Positions 1 to 9,302 of a stretch of DNA of 64,000 bases are shown in pieces. This DNA is from Candidatus Thalassarchaeaceae archaeon. Its GTDB lineage: Archaea > Thermoplasmatota > Poseidoniia > Poseidoniales > Thalassarchaeaceae. The stretch lies in assembly GCA_030747475.1 (NCBI GenBank), contig JASLKO010000180.1, positions 31,631 to 95,630 of the forward strand, written 5' to 3'. The notes beneath the pieces are model-generated. The model was given only the letters and a program-made list of their open reading frames with translations, had not been told where the DNA came from and did no database searches. The translations under genes were made by a program, and so were the position numbers. Position 1 is the first letter of the stretch. Each line of letters starts with the position of its first letter.

Positions 1-1425
1 AAGCAGATATTGGTTGAGAGATTATTGAAAGAGGCGCCTAACGCCCCATCGTTTTCTACAGATGCAGAATTTGAATCGATGCTAGAGAACATGATGAGGA
101 AGCACACGAGAATCACTAGTGTTCCTGCCTCAATCAACGATGTCGTCACACCAGTGCGCCGCTTCCTCGGGTTAAACGACCCCCCCCTCAATGTTACAGA
201 ACAACAGATGGAACGATTGCAGTATACCGTGATTCGCGACCTCGTTCGTTCCGGGCCATTGGAAACTCTCCTATCCGATGAGATGCTGGAAGATATTCAC
301 GCCGTAGGCTTACGTTACATCAGTATGGATCACAAAGTGTTTGGAATGGTCACATCGAACATTCGATTCCGTGACCGTGAGATGTTGGAACGCTATCTTC
401 GAGCAATGTCTGAGCGCATCGGTCGACCCGTATCAGATAGCAAACCAATCATCGATGGCGCACTTCTTGACGGAAGCCGAATCAACATCATTTACTCAGA
501 TGACGTTTCGATGTTAGGATCATCGTTTACCATTCGTAAATTCGCAGAAGAGACCATCTCGATTACTCAACTGATTCAATGGGGAACGATGTCAGCAGAG
601 GTCGCAGCCTACGTTTGGTTATGCCTTGAAAATGGCATGTCTCTCCTTGTATCTGGAGAGACAGCATCAGGAAAAACAACAACGCTGAATGCGATTCTCC
701 CCTTTATTGATCACAACGTGAAAATCTATTCTGCAGAAGATACGCCTGAAGTGAAGGTACGACACCGATTGTGGCAGCGACTGGTGACTAGAGACTCCAA
801 GAATGAAGACTCTAGAGTCGAAATGTTCGACCTCCTAAAGGCCGCACTCAGAAGTCGCCCTCGCTACATTATCATCGGTGAGATTCGAGGTGCAGAGGGT
901 GCGACTGCATTCCAAGCAATGCAGACTGGTCACCCGGTGATTGCGACATTCCACGCTTCATCCATCGTCAAGATGATTCAACGTTTCACTGGCGATCCTA
1001 TCAACGTCCCCATGCGTTTCTTTGACAACCTTAATTTCGCAATTTTCCAAGAAGTTGTTGAGGCACCAGGTGGGGGAATCGCACGCCGAATTACAGGCAT
1101 TGACGAAGTCATTGGATACAACAAACATGCAGATGGTGTTCTCACTCGAGGTATGTTTGATTGGGACCCAGTTCGTGACAAACATTACTTCCGTGGTATG
1201 TTCCAATCTCATTTGATGGAAAATAAAATGGCTGCATTGATGGGTTTTGAGAACAAGCGCGACATCTACGAAGAAATGGCCCGGAGAACCGAAGCCCTCC
1301 AGCGAATGGTCGATCGAAATATCACTCACTATGATGATGTATTCGATTTACTCGATATTTACTATCAGCAAGACTGGGCGGCCTTTTCGAATGCAATTGA
1401 CATATGGGTACCAATTGAAGATTGA
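1..1425 (+). CDS. flaI: Archaellum (archaeal flagellum) assembly ATPase FlaI/ArlI, 5'-truncated by the window edge. The frame is open from base 1; the ORF-table start at 10 is a TTG.
   Basis: Walker A VSGETASGKTTTLNAIL. VirB11/GspE-family motifs IIIGEIRGAEGATAFQAMQTGHPVIATFHASS. Followed 9 bp later by flaJ. The upstream frame KQI... continues to position 1. Confidence 0.88.
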   Translation, partial: KQILVERLLKEAPNAPSFSTDAEFESMLENMMRKHTRITSVPASINDVVTPVRRFLGLNDPPLNVTEQQMERLQYTVIRDLVRSGPLETLLSDEMLEDIHAVGLRYISMDHKVFGMVTSNIRFRDREMLERYLRAMSERIGRPVSDSKPIIDGALLDGSRINIIYSDDVSMLGSSFTIRKFAEETISITQLIQWGTMSAEVAAYVWLCLENGMSLLVSGETASGKTTTLNAILPFIDHNVKIYSAEDTPEVKVRHRLWQRLVTRDSKNEDSRVEMFDLLKAALRSRPRYIIIGEIRGAEGATAFQAMQTGHPVIATFHASSIVKMIQRFTGDPINVPMRFFDNLNFAIFQEVVEAPGGGIARRITGIDEVIGYNKHADGVLTRGMFDWDPVRDKHYFRGMFQSHLMENKMAALMGFENKRDIYEEMARRTEALQRMVDRNITHYDDVFDLLDIYYQQDWAAFSNAIDIWVPIED

Positions 1426-1436
1426 GGTGATGATGG

Positions 1437-3230
1437 ATGGAGCGCCTACCACTATACCAAATCGCTTTCAGAAGAATGGAGGTCCCACTCGGTGAATATG
1501 GCATTAAAATCGTCTTACCTGCATTTGTTGGTGGCCTACTGTTATCTCTCACACTCTACTTCACCCTAGGCTCGTTTTTTATTGGAGCATCTGGCATCGC
1601 GTTACTCATTTTATTCCCCCTTGTATCGACCTTCGCCGCCATCTCTTGGCCGATTATTCAGACTTTACGAGAGGCAGTCCTGATTGAGAAAGAAATGCAC
1701 ATGTTCATCACTCGAATGGGTATTCTAAGTATCGGGGAAGTCACATCACAATCGATGTTCGATATCTTACGCCAGATGAGTGATTACGGCGCTCTGGCCA
1801 AGGAGGTCAAGGCGATTGAAACCCTCGTTGAAAGATGGCACACAAGCCTACCAGAAGCATCCAGAATCATTGGTCGTCAAAGCCCGTCACCCATCTGGGG
1901 CGATTTCCTAGATCGAATGGCATTCTCTGTTGAGGCAGGACAACCAATTGATGAATTCATGAAAGCAGAACAGAAAACATTTGCAAAGGAATTCGACACA
2001 CTCTATGACACCCGTCTTGAATCCATTGACATGCTCAAAGAAATTTACATTTCTTTGACCACAACAGGCATCTTTGGGTTGGTCGTAGCAGGCATCCATC
2101 TGGTGTTGTTTGTCACAGATGATATCGGTTCATCACCACTAGAAATCATGGTTAGGATTCGTTGGGTTCTGTTGGCTGCATTGTTGTTTGTTATCATGCA
2201 AATTGGAATGCTGGTTGCCTTTCGTTCAATCGTACCCGATGATCCAATTTTTGGCAGGCACGAGTTTGAAACAAGATTCCGCATCCGTTCCCGCCAAACA
2301 TGGCTTACTGCAGGAAGTATGGGTCTGCCCATCATCGTATCTACAATCGTTGTTGCAATCCTCTATGGTGACATCCTCGCCTCCTCCTGGGATAAGTATG
2401 GCCTTGTCCTCGTGGCCTTCATTTTCACTCCCTTCATCGTGCCCGGATTTACGGCCTCGCGTGAGGAAAAGGGCATCATGAGGCGTGACGAATCATATCC
2501 TGGATTCATCAGAGCATTGGGGGGAACCGCCCAAGCTCGTGCATCCGAACCATCTGCTACGATTAAGGCACTCCGGGGCATTGATTTTGGTTCTCTTAAT
2601 GATTCAATCGCCAGTCTTGAAAGTCGTTTGATGTTACGAATTGATTCTGAACGTAGTTGGGATTGGTTTTCTGCAGAAGTAAACTCCTCGATGGTTTCGC
2701 GATTTAATCGAATTTATTTGGAAGGTGCCCAAGCGAGTGGAGAACCCGCCGCAGTCGCAGATTTGGTGAGCCAAAATACAACCAATCTTCTGTCATTACG
2801 TCGTCGCAGAGCACTGTCTGCCAGCACCATGAATGGCGTTGCATACGGTTTACTGGTGGCAACAATTGTTTCATTCAACATCGCTATCGCAGTCGTATTC
2901 CAATTAGGTACGAACGTCGCAGGAGTTGCCCAAGGAATGGAGAACATGGACTTCGGTGAAATCACCACAAATGCTGGGGGTTTGGGTCTTCCAGTGCTTG
3001 AAGATGCAGGAGGGGTGGAAGACAATATCGCTGTGTTCAAAATCATTACATCCATCCTGATTGTATTCATGGTTCTCATTCTCTCATCTGTTGCCTCTAG
3101 ATTACGAGGCGGGGGCTTAGCACTCACGTTAGGACAAGTATCCACAATGATGTGGGTGGCTGCACTTACCAGCCTCATCACAGGCGTATTACTAGAGTCT
3201 ACATTGGGTGCTTTCTTCACTTCGACCTAG
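1437..3230 (+). CDS. flaJ: Archaellum assembly polytopic membrane protein FlaJ/ArlJ (GspF/TadB-C-like, 597 aa)
   Basis: 597-aa protein with many hydrophobic helices and two GspF-like halves, immediately downstream of flaI. ATG at 1437; TAG stop at 3228-3230. Confidence 0.8.
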   Translation: MERLPLYQIAFRRMEVPLGEYGIKIVLPAFVGGLLLSLTLYFTLGSFFIGASGIALLILFPLVSTFAAISWPIIQTLREAVLIEKEMHMFITRMGILSIGEVTSQSMFDILRQMSDYGALAKEVKAIETLVERWHTSLPEASRIIGRQSPSPIWGDFLDRMAFSVEAGQPIDEFMKAEQKTFAKEFDTLYDTRLESIDMLKEIYISLTTTGIFGLVVAGIHLVLFVTDDIGSSPLEIMVRIRWVLLAALLFVIMQIGMLVAFRSIVPDDPIFGRHEFETRFRIRSRQTWLTAGSMGLPIIVSTIVVAILYGDILASSWDKYGLVLVAFIFTPFIVPGFTASREEKGIMRRDESYPGFIRALGGTAQARASEPSATIKALRGIDFGSLNDSIASLESRLMLRIDSERSWDWFSAEVNSSMVSRFNRIYLEGAQASGEPAAVADLVSQNTTNLLSLRRRRALSASTMNGVAYGLLVATIVSFNIAIAVVFQLGTNVAGVAQGMENMDFGEITTNAGGLGLPVLEDAGGVEDNIAVFKIITSILIVFMVLILSSVASRLRGGGLALTLGQVSTMMWVAALTSLITGVLLESTLGAFFTST

Positions 3231-3303
3231 AAAATGACAGACACAACGCCTTTGAGTGATTGATGCAGCCGGATGGTCGCACTAAGTAGGAGGGTGGGCC
3301 ACT

Positions 3304-4629
3304 TTGCAGCAACTTTTTGATGAATTATCAACCGTGAAAGATTGGGCAGAAACTCTTCCAATTTATGGAAGAATTGGCATATGCATTGGCCTCAGCCTCC
3401 TGCTTTTCGGATTTACGAAATTTATATTGTTGAAAAAATTTGGAGATTTTGTAAACAAAACAAAGGTTGGTTGGGACAACGATCTATTCGCCCCCATTTC
3501 GTCGCGAACTCTTGCATTTTGTGCAGTCATCTGTATCAACGGTAGTTTGGCATGGTTATCTCCCACTGCATTAGAGACTAGTTTTCACATTTTGAACGTG
3601 GCATATATTCTCATTTTCACAAGTATGGTCAGTAGTACAATCAGTGTGATTACACCCCCATTCATGGCTTGGCTTAACTCAAATAGCCTAGGCGTTGCAG
3701 TCACTGGTCGAAATCACTTCGTTAGTGGATTTGCACGAATACTTGTTTGGGCATTTGGAATTTACTTGATGCTTGATGAATTGAAATTGGAGTTAACCGG
3801 ATTGTTGGCCTCCATGGCCGTATTTTCATTGATTGCCGGATTGGCTTTACAACAGACTCTCGGTAACATTCTGAACTCATTTCTACTTGCGATGGACAGA
3901 CCATTCGATGTTGGTGATCGAATCGAAGTCGATGGAATAGAGGGCAAAGTAGTCTCAACCGGTATTCTCTCCACCAAGGTTTTGACATGGTCCGAAGAAT
4001 TAGTCATCATCCCGAACAACACCTTGGTGTCAAGCACCATCGTAAACAAAGCTCGGGGTGGTGGCGATGGCGTTCCAAAGCGATTGAACCTCCTGATCGA
4101 TGTCAGTGTGGCCTATGATGAGGACCCACCCCATGTCAAGCAGGTATTGAGTGAAGTCGCTCAAAGTTGCCCTTACACTCTAGACACACCAATTTCCAGA
4201 GCACTCCTCATACGCCTGGGAGATTACTCCATCGATTTCCGATTATACACATGGATTTCCGATTATTCTGATGAATGGCCAGCACGAGACTGGATTATGC
4301 AGACGATGACAGACAGATTCCGTGAAGAAGGCATTGTCATCCCTTATCCGATTAATATCGAACTCAAATCCCAACCATCTGGACAGAAAAATCGAAGTGG
4401 AAATCATGAACTTACGTATCGACGTAAGGCGGCAAGACAGCAAACTGCGCGACTACAAATGGCTAGAGCAGATGAAGTACATCGAGAGGAAAGAGAATCA
4501 GTTAAGACTGAAATTGAGTGGCTTGAAGAACAGTTGTCAGACACATCTTTGGGAACTCGAGAGAAGGATAAGATACGCGCTGAAATTTCAGCACTTGCCT
4601 CCACTCTAGACATGTTTGATGGCGACTAA
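3304..4629 (+). CDS. mscS: MscS-family small-conductance mechanosensitive channel
   Basis: N-terminal TM helices then LASMAVFSLIAGLALQQTLGNILNSFLLAMDRPFDVGDRIEVDGIEGKVVSTGILSTKVLTWSEELVIIPNNTLVSS (MscS pore helix/beta domain). TTG start preceded by the SD-like AGGAGGGTGG (3288-3297). An in-frame stop lies upstream at 3283. Confidence 0.85.
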   Translation: MQQLFDELSTVKDWAETLPIYGRIGICIGLSLLLFGFTKFILLKKFGDFVNKTKVGWDNDLFAPISSRTLAFCAVICINGSLAWLSPTALETSFHILNVAYILIFTSMVSSTISVITPPFMAWLNSNSLGVAVTGRNHFVSGFARILVWAFGIYLMLDELKLELTGLLASMAVFSLIAGLALQQTLGNILNSFLLAMDRPFDVGDRIEVDGIEGKVVSTGILSTKVLTWSEELVIIPNNTLVSSTIVNKARGGGDGVPKRLNLLIDVSVAYDEDPPHVKQVLSEVAQSCPYTLDTPISRALLIRLGDYSIDFRLYTWISDYSDEWPARDWIMQTMTDRFREEGIVIPYPINIELKSQPSGQKNRSGNHELTYRRKAARQQTARLQMARADEVHREERESVKTEIEWLEEQLSDTSLGTREKDKIRAEISALASTLDMFDGD

Positions 4630-4635
4630 ATATCT

Positions 4636-4652
4636 CACCGCCGTAGGCGGTG
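4636..4652 (+). terminator. Perfect hairpin CACCGCC-GTA-GGCGGTG (7-bp stem, 3-nt loop), 7 nt after the mscS TAA, followed by a T-rich stretch
   Basis: Read directly from the sequence; position and the T-rich tail (tagtttaatt) fit an intrinsic-terminator or RNA 3'-end structure. Confidence 0.35.
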
Positions 4653-4690
4653 TAGTTTAATTGCAAGATATCCTCCGCGACCTGATACCC

Positions 4691-7600
4691 ATGAACCAGT
4701 TTCGAACAACCCTCATTTTGAGTAGTCTCTTGGTATTGATGTCATGTATTGCATTTTTCAGTACAGAAATTAGTAATGATGAATCAATGCAATTACAACA
4801 AAATGAAATTCTAGAACAGTCAGGAACAGCAAATATTCCAGGTTTACAATCTGGATCAATCTTCACCGATGACACCCTCGCATTGGGTCCTGAACACACT
4901 TGTGCAATACTTGCCAATGAGAGCATGTATTGTTGGGGAGCCAATTCCTATGGACAGTTGGGAATCGGCTCAACAACACCTTCGCCAATCCCTACTGAGG
5001 TATCCTTCACCAATCCAGGGGGCGTCATTTCTCTATTCCCTCTCAGTGTTTCAACTGGTCAATACCATACCTGTGCTGTGTTGAATGACGGTTCAGTACA
5101 ATGTTGGGGAGACAATGTCTACGGACAGCTTGGAGATGGGACCAATATTTCGAAATCATCACCAGTAGGGATTGACCTCGGTGTGAATCGCAGTGCAGTG
5201 ATGGTTGGAGTCGGTAAGACACACACCTGCGCAGTTTTGGATGATGCTAGCGTATCTTGTTGGGGCTACAACATCCATGGCCAACTTGGAGATGGTACCA
5301 TTGTTCCCCAATCATCACCTACACCGATTGATTTGGGCCAAAACCGAAGCGCAGTATCGATTTCATTAGGAGAATCCCACACCTGTGCAATCCTCGATGA
5401 TAGTGCCCTGAAATGCTGGGGTTACAACAACCATGGCCAACTTGGAGATGGCACATTCAGTTCTAGAAATACGCCTACTGACGTTAGTTTAGGAAGTGAT
5501 ATCGCAGTCGCAGTCTCGACTGGACGCCATCATACCTGTGCAGTCTTGGACGACGCCACAGTTTCATGTTGGGGTTGGAACGACCGAGGACAACTGGGTG
5601 ACGGAACCACGAGTGAACAACCTTCAGCTACTGAAGTAACCATCGATCGAGACGCCATCGCAATTTCAACTGGCGATCGCCATAGCTGTACGATTCTGGA
5701 CAATGGAAGTGCAATGTGTTGGGGCTACAATATGTTCGGCCAACTTGGTGCAGGGAATACTGCAGACACATCAATCCCTGAATACGTGGATTTCACCAAC
5801 AGAGTGCTGAATATCGTTGGCATCGTTGGAGGGACACACCACTCCTGTGCCGTGCTTAGCGACGGCACTCTCTATTGTTGGGGGGCAAACAATGAGGGCC
5901 AACTAGGAGATGACTCAACAACAAGTACCAATTCACCGAATGCAGCCGTTGCAAGTTTGATTCTTGAATTAGACGACAGGGACCGTGACAATGATGCGAC
6001 ACTCGATATTTTCGATACGCATATCTCTGGTGATGAGGATGGAGACGGTGTACCAACACCTACAGACCTCTATCCAACGAATCCCGCCCGCTCTGAATCC
6101 TGTAGTGCCGGTTTTTACGGCCGATATTCATGTGAAGAGGCAGATGCAGGCTATTATGCAGAAGAAGGCTCAATCGTTCAGATTCGCTGTACTGCTGGAA
6201 CATATCAACCTAATACTGGTCAAAGCGATTGCCTCGATGCAGACATGGGGCACCGTGTTGCAGAAGACGGCTCAACATCTCAGGATGCATGCGACATTGG
6301 GCAATATCAAGCATTAACTGGACAGACTACATGTGATGATGCAAGTCCAGGATATTTCGTTGATTCAATAGGAGCAAGTACACAAAATCCGTGTGAGATT
6401 GGCAGTTATCAATCCAACTCAGGTCAATCGTCATGCATTGACGCAACGCCAGGAAATTACGTTGATGCCCCAGCCTCTGCAAGTCAAACGCCATGTTCCC
6501 CTGGCACTTACAACCCAAACTCATCATCGAATGCTAGTTCAGCCTGCCTTGATGCAGATCTAGGAAATTATGTCAACCAATTTGGAAGCAGTTCTCAAAC
6601 AACAGCCTCCCCCGGATATTTCGTTGATACCACCGGATCTACTGGCCAGACACCTTGTTCACCGGGTTCCTACAATCCAGATGCTGGTTCAAACAATAGT
6701 TCTGCGTGTCTAACAGCGGACCTTGGATACTATGTGAGTCAATCAGGCAGCTCATCTCAAACAGCAGCATCCTCAGGATACTATGTTGATTCGACGGGTG
6801 CAACTTCGCAGACACCTTGTAATCCGGGCCGCTACAATCCTTGGCCGGCTTCCACTTCGGAAACAGCATGCCTCTTTGCGGACATGGGCCACTATGTGAG
6901 TCAATCAGGCAGCTCATCTCAAACTCCAGCATCAGCAGGTCACTATGTACAATCCACGGGGGCGACTTCACAAATTGCTTGTTTACCAGGTACCTACAAC
7001 CCAGCGACAGCATCAACAGACGCTTCAGATTGTCTTGATGCAGACGCTGGTTATTATGTGAGCGCGTCAGGACGAGCATCCCAAACACCAGCATCTCCAG
7101 GACATTATGTCGATACGACGGGAGCGACTTCACAAATTGCTTGTTTACCAGGTACCTACAACCCTTCCTCAGCATCAGATGACGCCTCCGCATGTATCGA
7201 TGCAGATTTCGGCTATTATGTGAGCGCGTCAGGACGAGCATCCCAAACACCAGCATCAACAGGTCACTACGTTGACACAACCGGTGCAACAGGTCAGACA
7301 CCTTGCCAAGCGGGTACTTACAACCCTAGCACTGCATCCAGTTCAATGGCAGATTGTCAATCTGCAGACCCTGGATCCAAAGCGCCCAATTCAGGAATGG
7401 GCAACCAGATTTCTTGTTCTCCTGGCACATACCAACCGAATTCAGGACAACTATCCTGTTTGGATGCTGATCCTGGACACTACGTAAGTGGGGCTGGTCA
7501 CTCTGACCAATCCCCTTGCCCTGCTGGAACTTACAGCAACGCTAGCGCAACAACCTCGTGCTTGCCAACACCGACTAATACTTACACGGAAGGAACTGGA

Positions 7601-9238
7601 AACATCAATCCAACAAATTGTCCATCCGGAACCGCAACGATATCTCATTCATCCACATCTCTCGCAGATTGTTTGAATGACTCAGATGATGATGGAATTC
7701 CAAATCAAATTGATACCGATGATGACAATGATGGTGTCAATGACATCAATGATGCCTTCCCAACCAATCCTACAGAAACGGTGGATACTGACAATGATGG
7801 ATCAGGAGATAACGCTGACCCAGATGATGATGGAGATGGAGTAATCGACACAATGGATCCATTCCCGATGGATGGTAGTGAATGGGTTGACACTGATGAT
7901 GATGGAATTGGTGACAATACAGACACTGATGATGATGGAGATGATTGGAGTGACAGTGATGAAAATACCTGTGGCAGTGACCCATTAGATGCCTCAAATG
8001 AACCGGTAGACACAGATTCTGATATGATTTGTGACGTTATGGACGGAGATGACGATGGAGACATGATTGTTGATGCAAACGACATTTGCCCAGGTCATGA
8101 TGATACATTAGATTGGGATGACGACGGTATTCCAGATGGATGCGACAATGACATGGATCTTGATGGAGATGGAATTACCAATAATGCGGATGAATGTGAT
8201 TTCACACCTCTTGCTGAGATTAATCAAATTGATGAGGATGGTTGCGGGCCAACAGAAAGTGGCGATGACGACCATGACAGTATTCCAAATGCCCTTGACA
8301 TGTGCCCTGACACCCCAAGTAATGAAGTTCCAAACACCTCAGGTTGTGGTGCATCTCAACGAGATTCAGACGGGGATGGTTGGACCGATTCATCAGAACA
8401 AAATTGTGGCCATGATTATCTGAACGCTAACGATGTCCCTAACGAATCCTGCGAAGCGGGCTCAACAGATCCCAGCACAGGTGATGGAAGCGATTTCAGT
8501 TGTTGGATCATACTCATCTTGTTGCTAATTGCAGTCCTCGGTATCATGATGTTATTGGCAGCAACGCGAGATGAAGAAGGCAAGATTACATTCAATGTGA
8601 CCAGTTTCAAGACGTCATGGCAACAGATGGTCGAGAAGGTCAAGGGAGAGGATGATGATGACCCCTTCGCAAATCTAGAGGGGGGGGGCACACCGAGCAA
8701 ATCTGCCGTCGATGATTGGGACGATGATCCACCACCCTTTGTTCCGAAGATGGAAGAAGAAGTGGAAGAAGAAGCCTCGGATCAGTCCGGTGCTGATGCC
8801 AAGATGGCTGAGATGGATGCCAAGATGGCTGAGATGGATGCCAAGATGGCTGAGATGACAGAAAAGGAAGTTCAACTTGCACGAATCGCGGAGAAGGCAA
8901 AAGAGATTGATTTCGCTACAATCGGAATGGCTACTGCCGACGATAAAAGTGATTTGAAGACAATCAAAGGAATTGGACCATTCCTTGAAGAGAAACTGAA
9001 CGCATTGGGCATCTTCACTTTAACACAGGTTGCGAATATGACTCCAGAAATTGAGGAACAGGTAAACGAGGCAATCGAGTTCTTCCCAGGTCGTATTAAG
9101 AGAGACAAGTGGGTCAGTCAGGCCACTGATATCTCAAGCGATGATGAGATTACAGAGATGGCTGAATCCATCTTGACCGATGAGAAATCTGATGGTACAG
9201 AAAAAGACATCTTCTCAGATGATGTTGATTGGGAGTGA
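4691..9238 (+). CDS. Giant cell-surface protein A (about 1515 aa): signal peptide/anchor, RCC1 repeats, Cys-rich ephrin-receptor-like repeats, thrombospondin type-3 Ca-binding repeats, single TM, cytoplasmic tail with (AKMAEMD)3 and an HhH motif
   Basis: ORF 4661..9238 opens with TTG; the first ATG is 4691 (MNQFRTTLILSSLLVLMSCIAFFS signal). About 9 repeats of CWGxNxxGQLGDG (RCC1). Repeats of CxPGxYNPxxxSxxxSxCLxADxGxYV. DxDxDGxxDxxD runs. TM helix CWIILILLLIAVLGIMMLLAA. Tail IKGIGPFLEEKLNALGIFTLTQVA is a canonical hxxhxGhG helix-hairpin-helix. Confidence 0.85.
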   Translation: MNQFRTTLILSSLLVLMSCIAFFSTEISNDESMQLQQNEILEQSGTANIPGLQSGSIFTDDTLALGPEHTCAILANESMYCWGANSYGQLGIGSTTPSPIPTEVSFTNPGGVISLFPLSVSTGQYHTCAVLNDGSVQCWGDNVYGQLGDGTNISKSSPVGIDLGVNRSAVMVGVGKTHTCAVLDDASVSCWGYNIHGQLGDGTIVPQSSPTPIDLGQNRSAVSISLGESHTCAILDDSALKCWGYNNHGQLGDGTFSSRNTPTDVSLGSDIAVAVSTGRHHTCAVLDDATVSCWGWNDRGQLGDGTTSEQPSATEVTIDRDAIAISTGDRHSCTILDNGSAMCWGYNMFGQLGAGNTADTSIPEYVDFTNRVLNIVGIVGGTHHSCAVLSDGTLYCWGANNEGQLGDDSTTSTNSPNAAVASLILELDDRDRDNDATLDIFDTHISGDEDGDGVPTPTDLYPTNPARSESCSAGFYGRYSCEEADAGYYAEEGSIVQIRCTAGTYQPNTGQSDCLDADMGHRVAEDGSTSQDACDIGQYQALTGQTTCDDASPGYFVDSIGASTQNPCEIGSYQSNSGQSSCIDATPGNYVDAPASASQTPCSPGTYNPNSSSNASSACLDADLGNYVNQFGSSSQTTASPGYFVDTTGSTGQTPCSPGSYNPDAGSNNSSACLTADLGYYVSQSGSSSQTAASSGYYVDSTGATSQTPCNPGRYNPWPASTSETACLFADMGHYVSQSGSSSQTPASAGHYVQSTGATSQIACLPGTYNPATASTDASDCLDADAGYYVSASGRASQTPASPGHYVDTTGATSQIACLPGTYNPSSASDDASACIDADFGYYVSASGRASQTPASTGHYVDTTGATGQTPCQAGTYNPSTASSSMADCQSADPGSKAPNSGMGNQISCSPGTYQPNSGQLSCLDADPGHYVSGAGHSDQSPCPAGTYSNASATTSCLPTPTNTYTEGTGNINPTNCPSGTATISHSSTSLADCLNDSDDDGIPNQIDTDDDNDGVNDINDAFPTNPTETVDTDNDGSGDNADPDDDGDGVIDTMDPFPMDGSEWVDTDDDGIGDNTDTDDDGDDWSDSDENTCGSDPLDASNEPVDTDSDMICDVMDGDDDGDMIVDANDICPGHDDTLDWDDDGIPDGCDNDMDLDGDGITNNADECDFTPLAEINQIDEDGCGPTESGDDDHDSIPNALDMCPDTPSNEVPNTSGCGASQRDSDGDGWTDSSEQNCGHDYLNANDVPNESCEAGSTDPSTGDGSDFSCWIILILLLIAVLGIMMLLAATRDEEGKITFNVTSFKTSWQQMVEKVKGEDDDDPFANLEGGGTPSKSAVDDWDDDPPPFVPKMEEEVEEEASDQSGADAKMAEMDAKMAEMDAKMAEMTEKEVQLARIAEKAKEIDFATIGMATADDKSDLKTIKGIGPFLEEKLNALGIFTLTQVANMTPEIEEQVNEAIEFFPGRIKRDKWVSQATDISSDDEITEMAESILTDEKSDGTEKDIFSDDVDWE
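6098..7680 (+). repeat. Tandem Cys-rich (ephrin-receptor-like / GCC2_GCC3-type) modules inside protein A; the 6700-7300 part is built from near-identical units of about 162 bp (54 aa)
   Basis: Long exact DNA repeats, e.g. cactatgtgagtcaatcaggcagctcatctcaaac at about 6725 and 6893; ttattatgtgagcgcgtcaggacgagcatcccaaacaccagcatc at about 7051 and 7213; gggagcgacttcacaaattgcttgtttaccaggtacctacaaccc at about 6960 and 7120. Confidence 0.8.
7681..8470 (+). repeat. Thrombospondin type-3-like Ca-binding repeats (DxDxDGxxDxxD) in protein A
   Basis: Protein DSDDDGIPNQIDTDDDNDGVNDINDAF...DTDDDGIGDNTDTDDDGDDWSD...DSDGDGWTDSSE; aspartate-rich with the regular DxDGxxD spacing. Confidence 0.75.
8680..8688 (+). 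repeat. G9 homopolymer tract inside coding sequence of protein A (cytoplasmic tail, codes LEGGGT)
   Basis: ctagag-ggggggggg-cacacc read directly. This is long for a roughly 47% GC genome and is a potential slipped-strand or sequencing-error site. Confidence 0.9.
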
Positions 9239-9302
9239 TATAATGCAAGGGAGTAGTCAAATAAGCACAACAAGTAGTCGAAAGAATAGTCGAGGCATTA
9301 CC

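Noticed and set aside
3228-3263. TAG stop of flaJ followed by 11 more in-frame codons to a TGA. Considered as another TAG-readthrough site.
   Set aside because: The extension is short and not conserved-looking. TAG as a normal terminator here (and for the Nudix gene) fits better, so I did not count it with the maeB and TerB cases.
6639-8085. Minus-strand ORFs of 220 aa (6639..7301) and 126 aa (7705..8085) inside gene A
   Set aside because: They are antisense to the Cys-rich and TSP3 repeat regions. The products are low-complexity (L/M/H-rich, Ser-rich) and the sense frame is continuous with clear domain motifs.
8800-8862. Three exact 21-bp direct repeats (caagatggctgagatggatgc). Considered as a mini CRISPR-like array.
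   Set aside because: There are no spacers: the units are contiguous and in frame, coding (AKMAEMD)3 inside gene A. This is a coding tandem repeat, not CRISPR.
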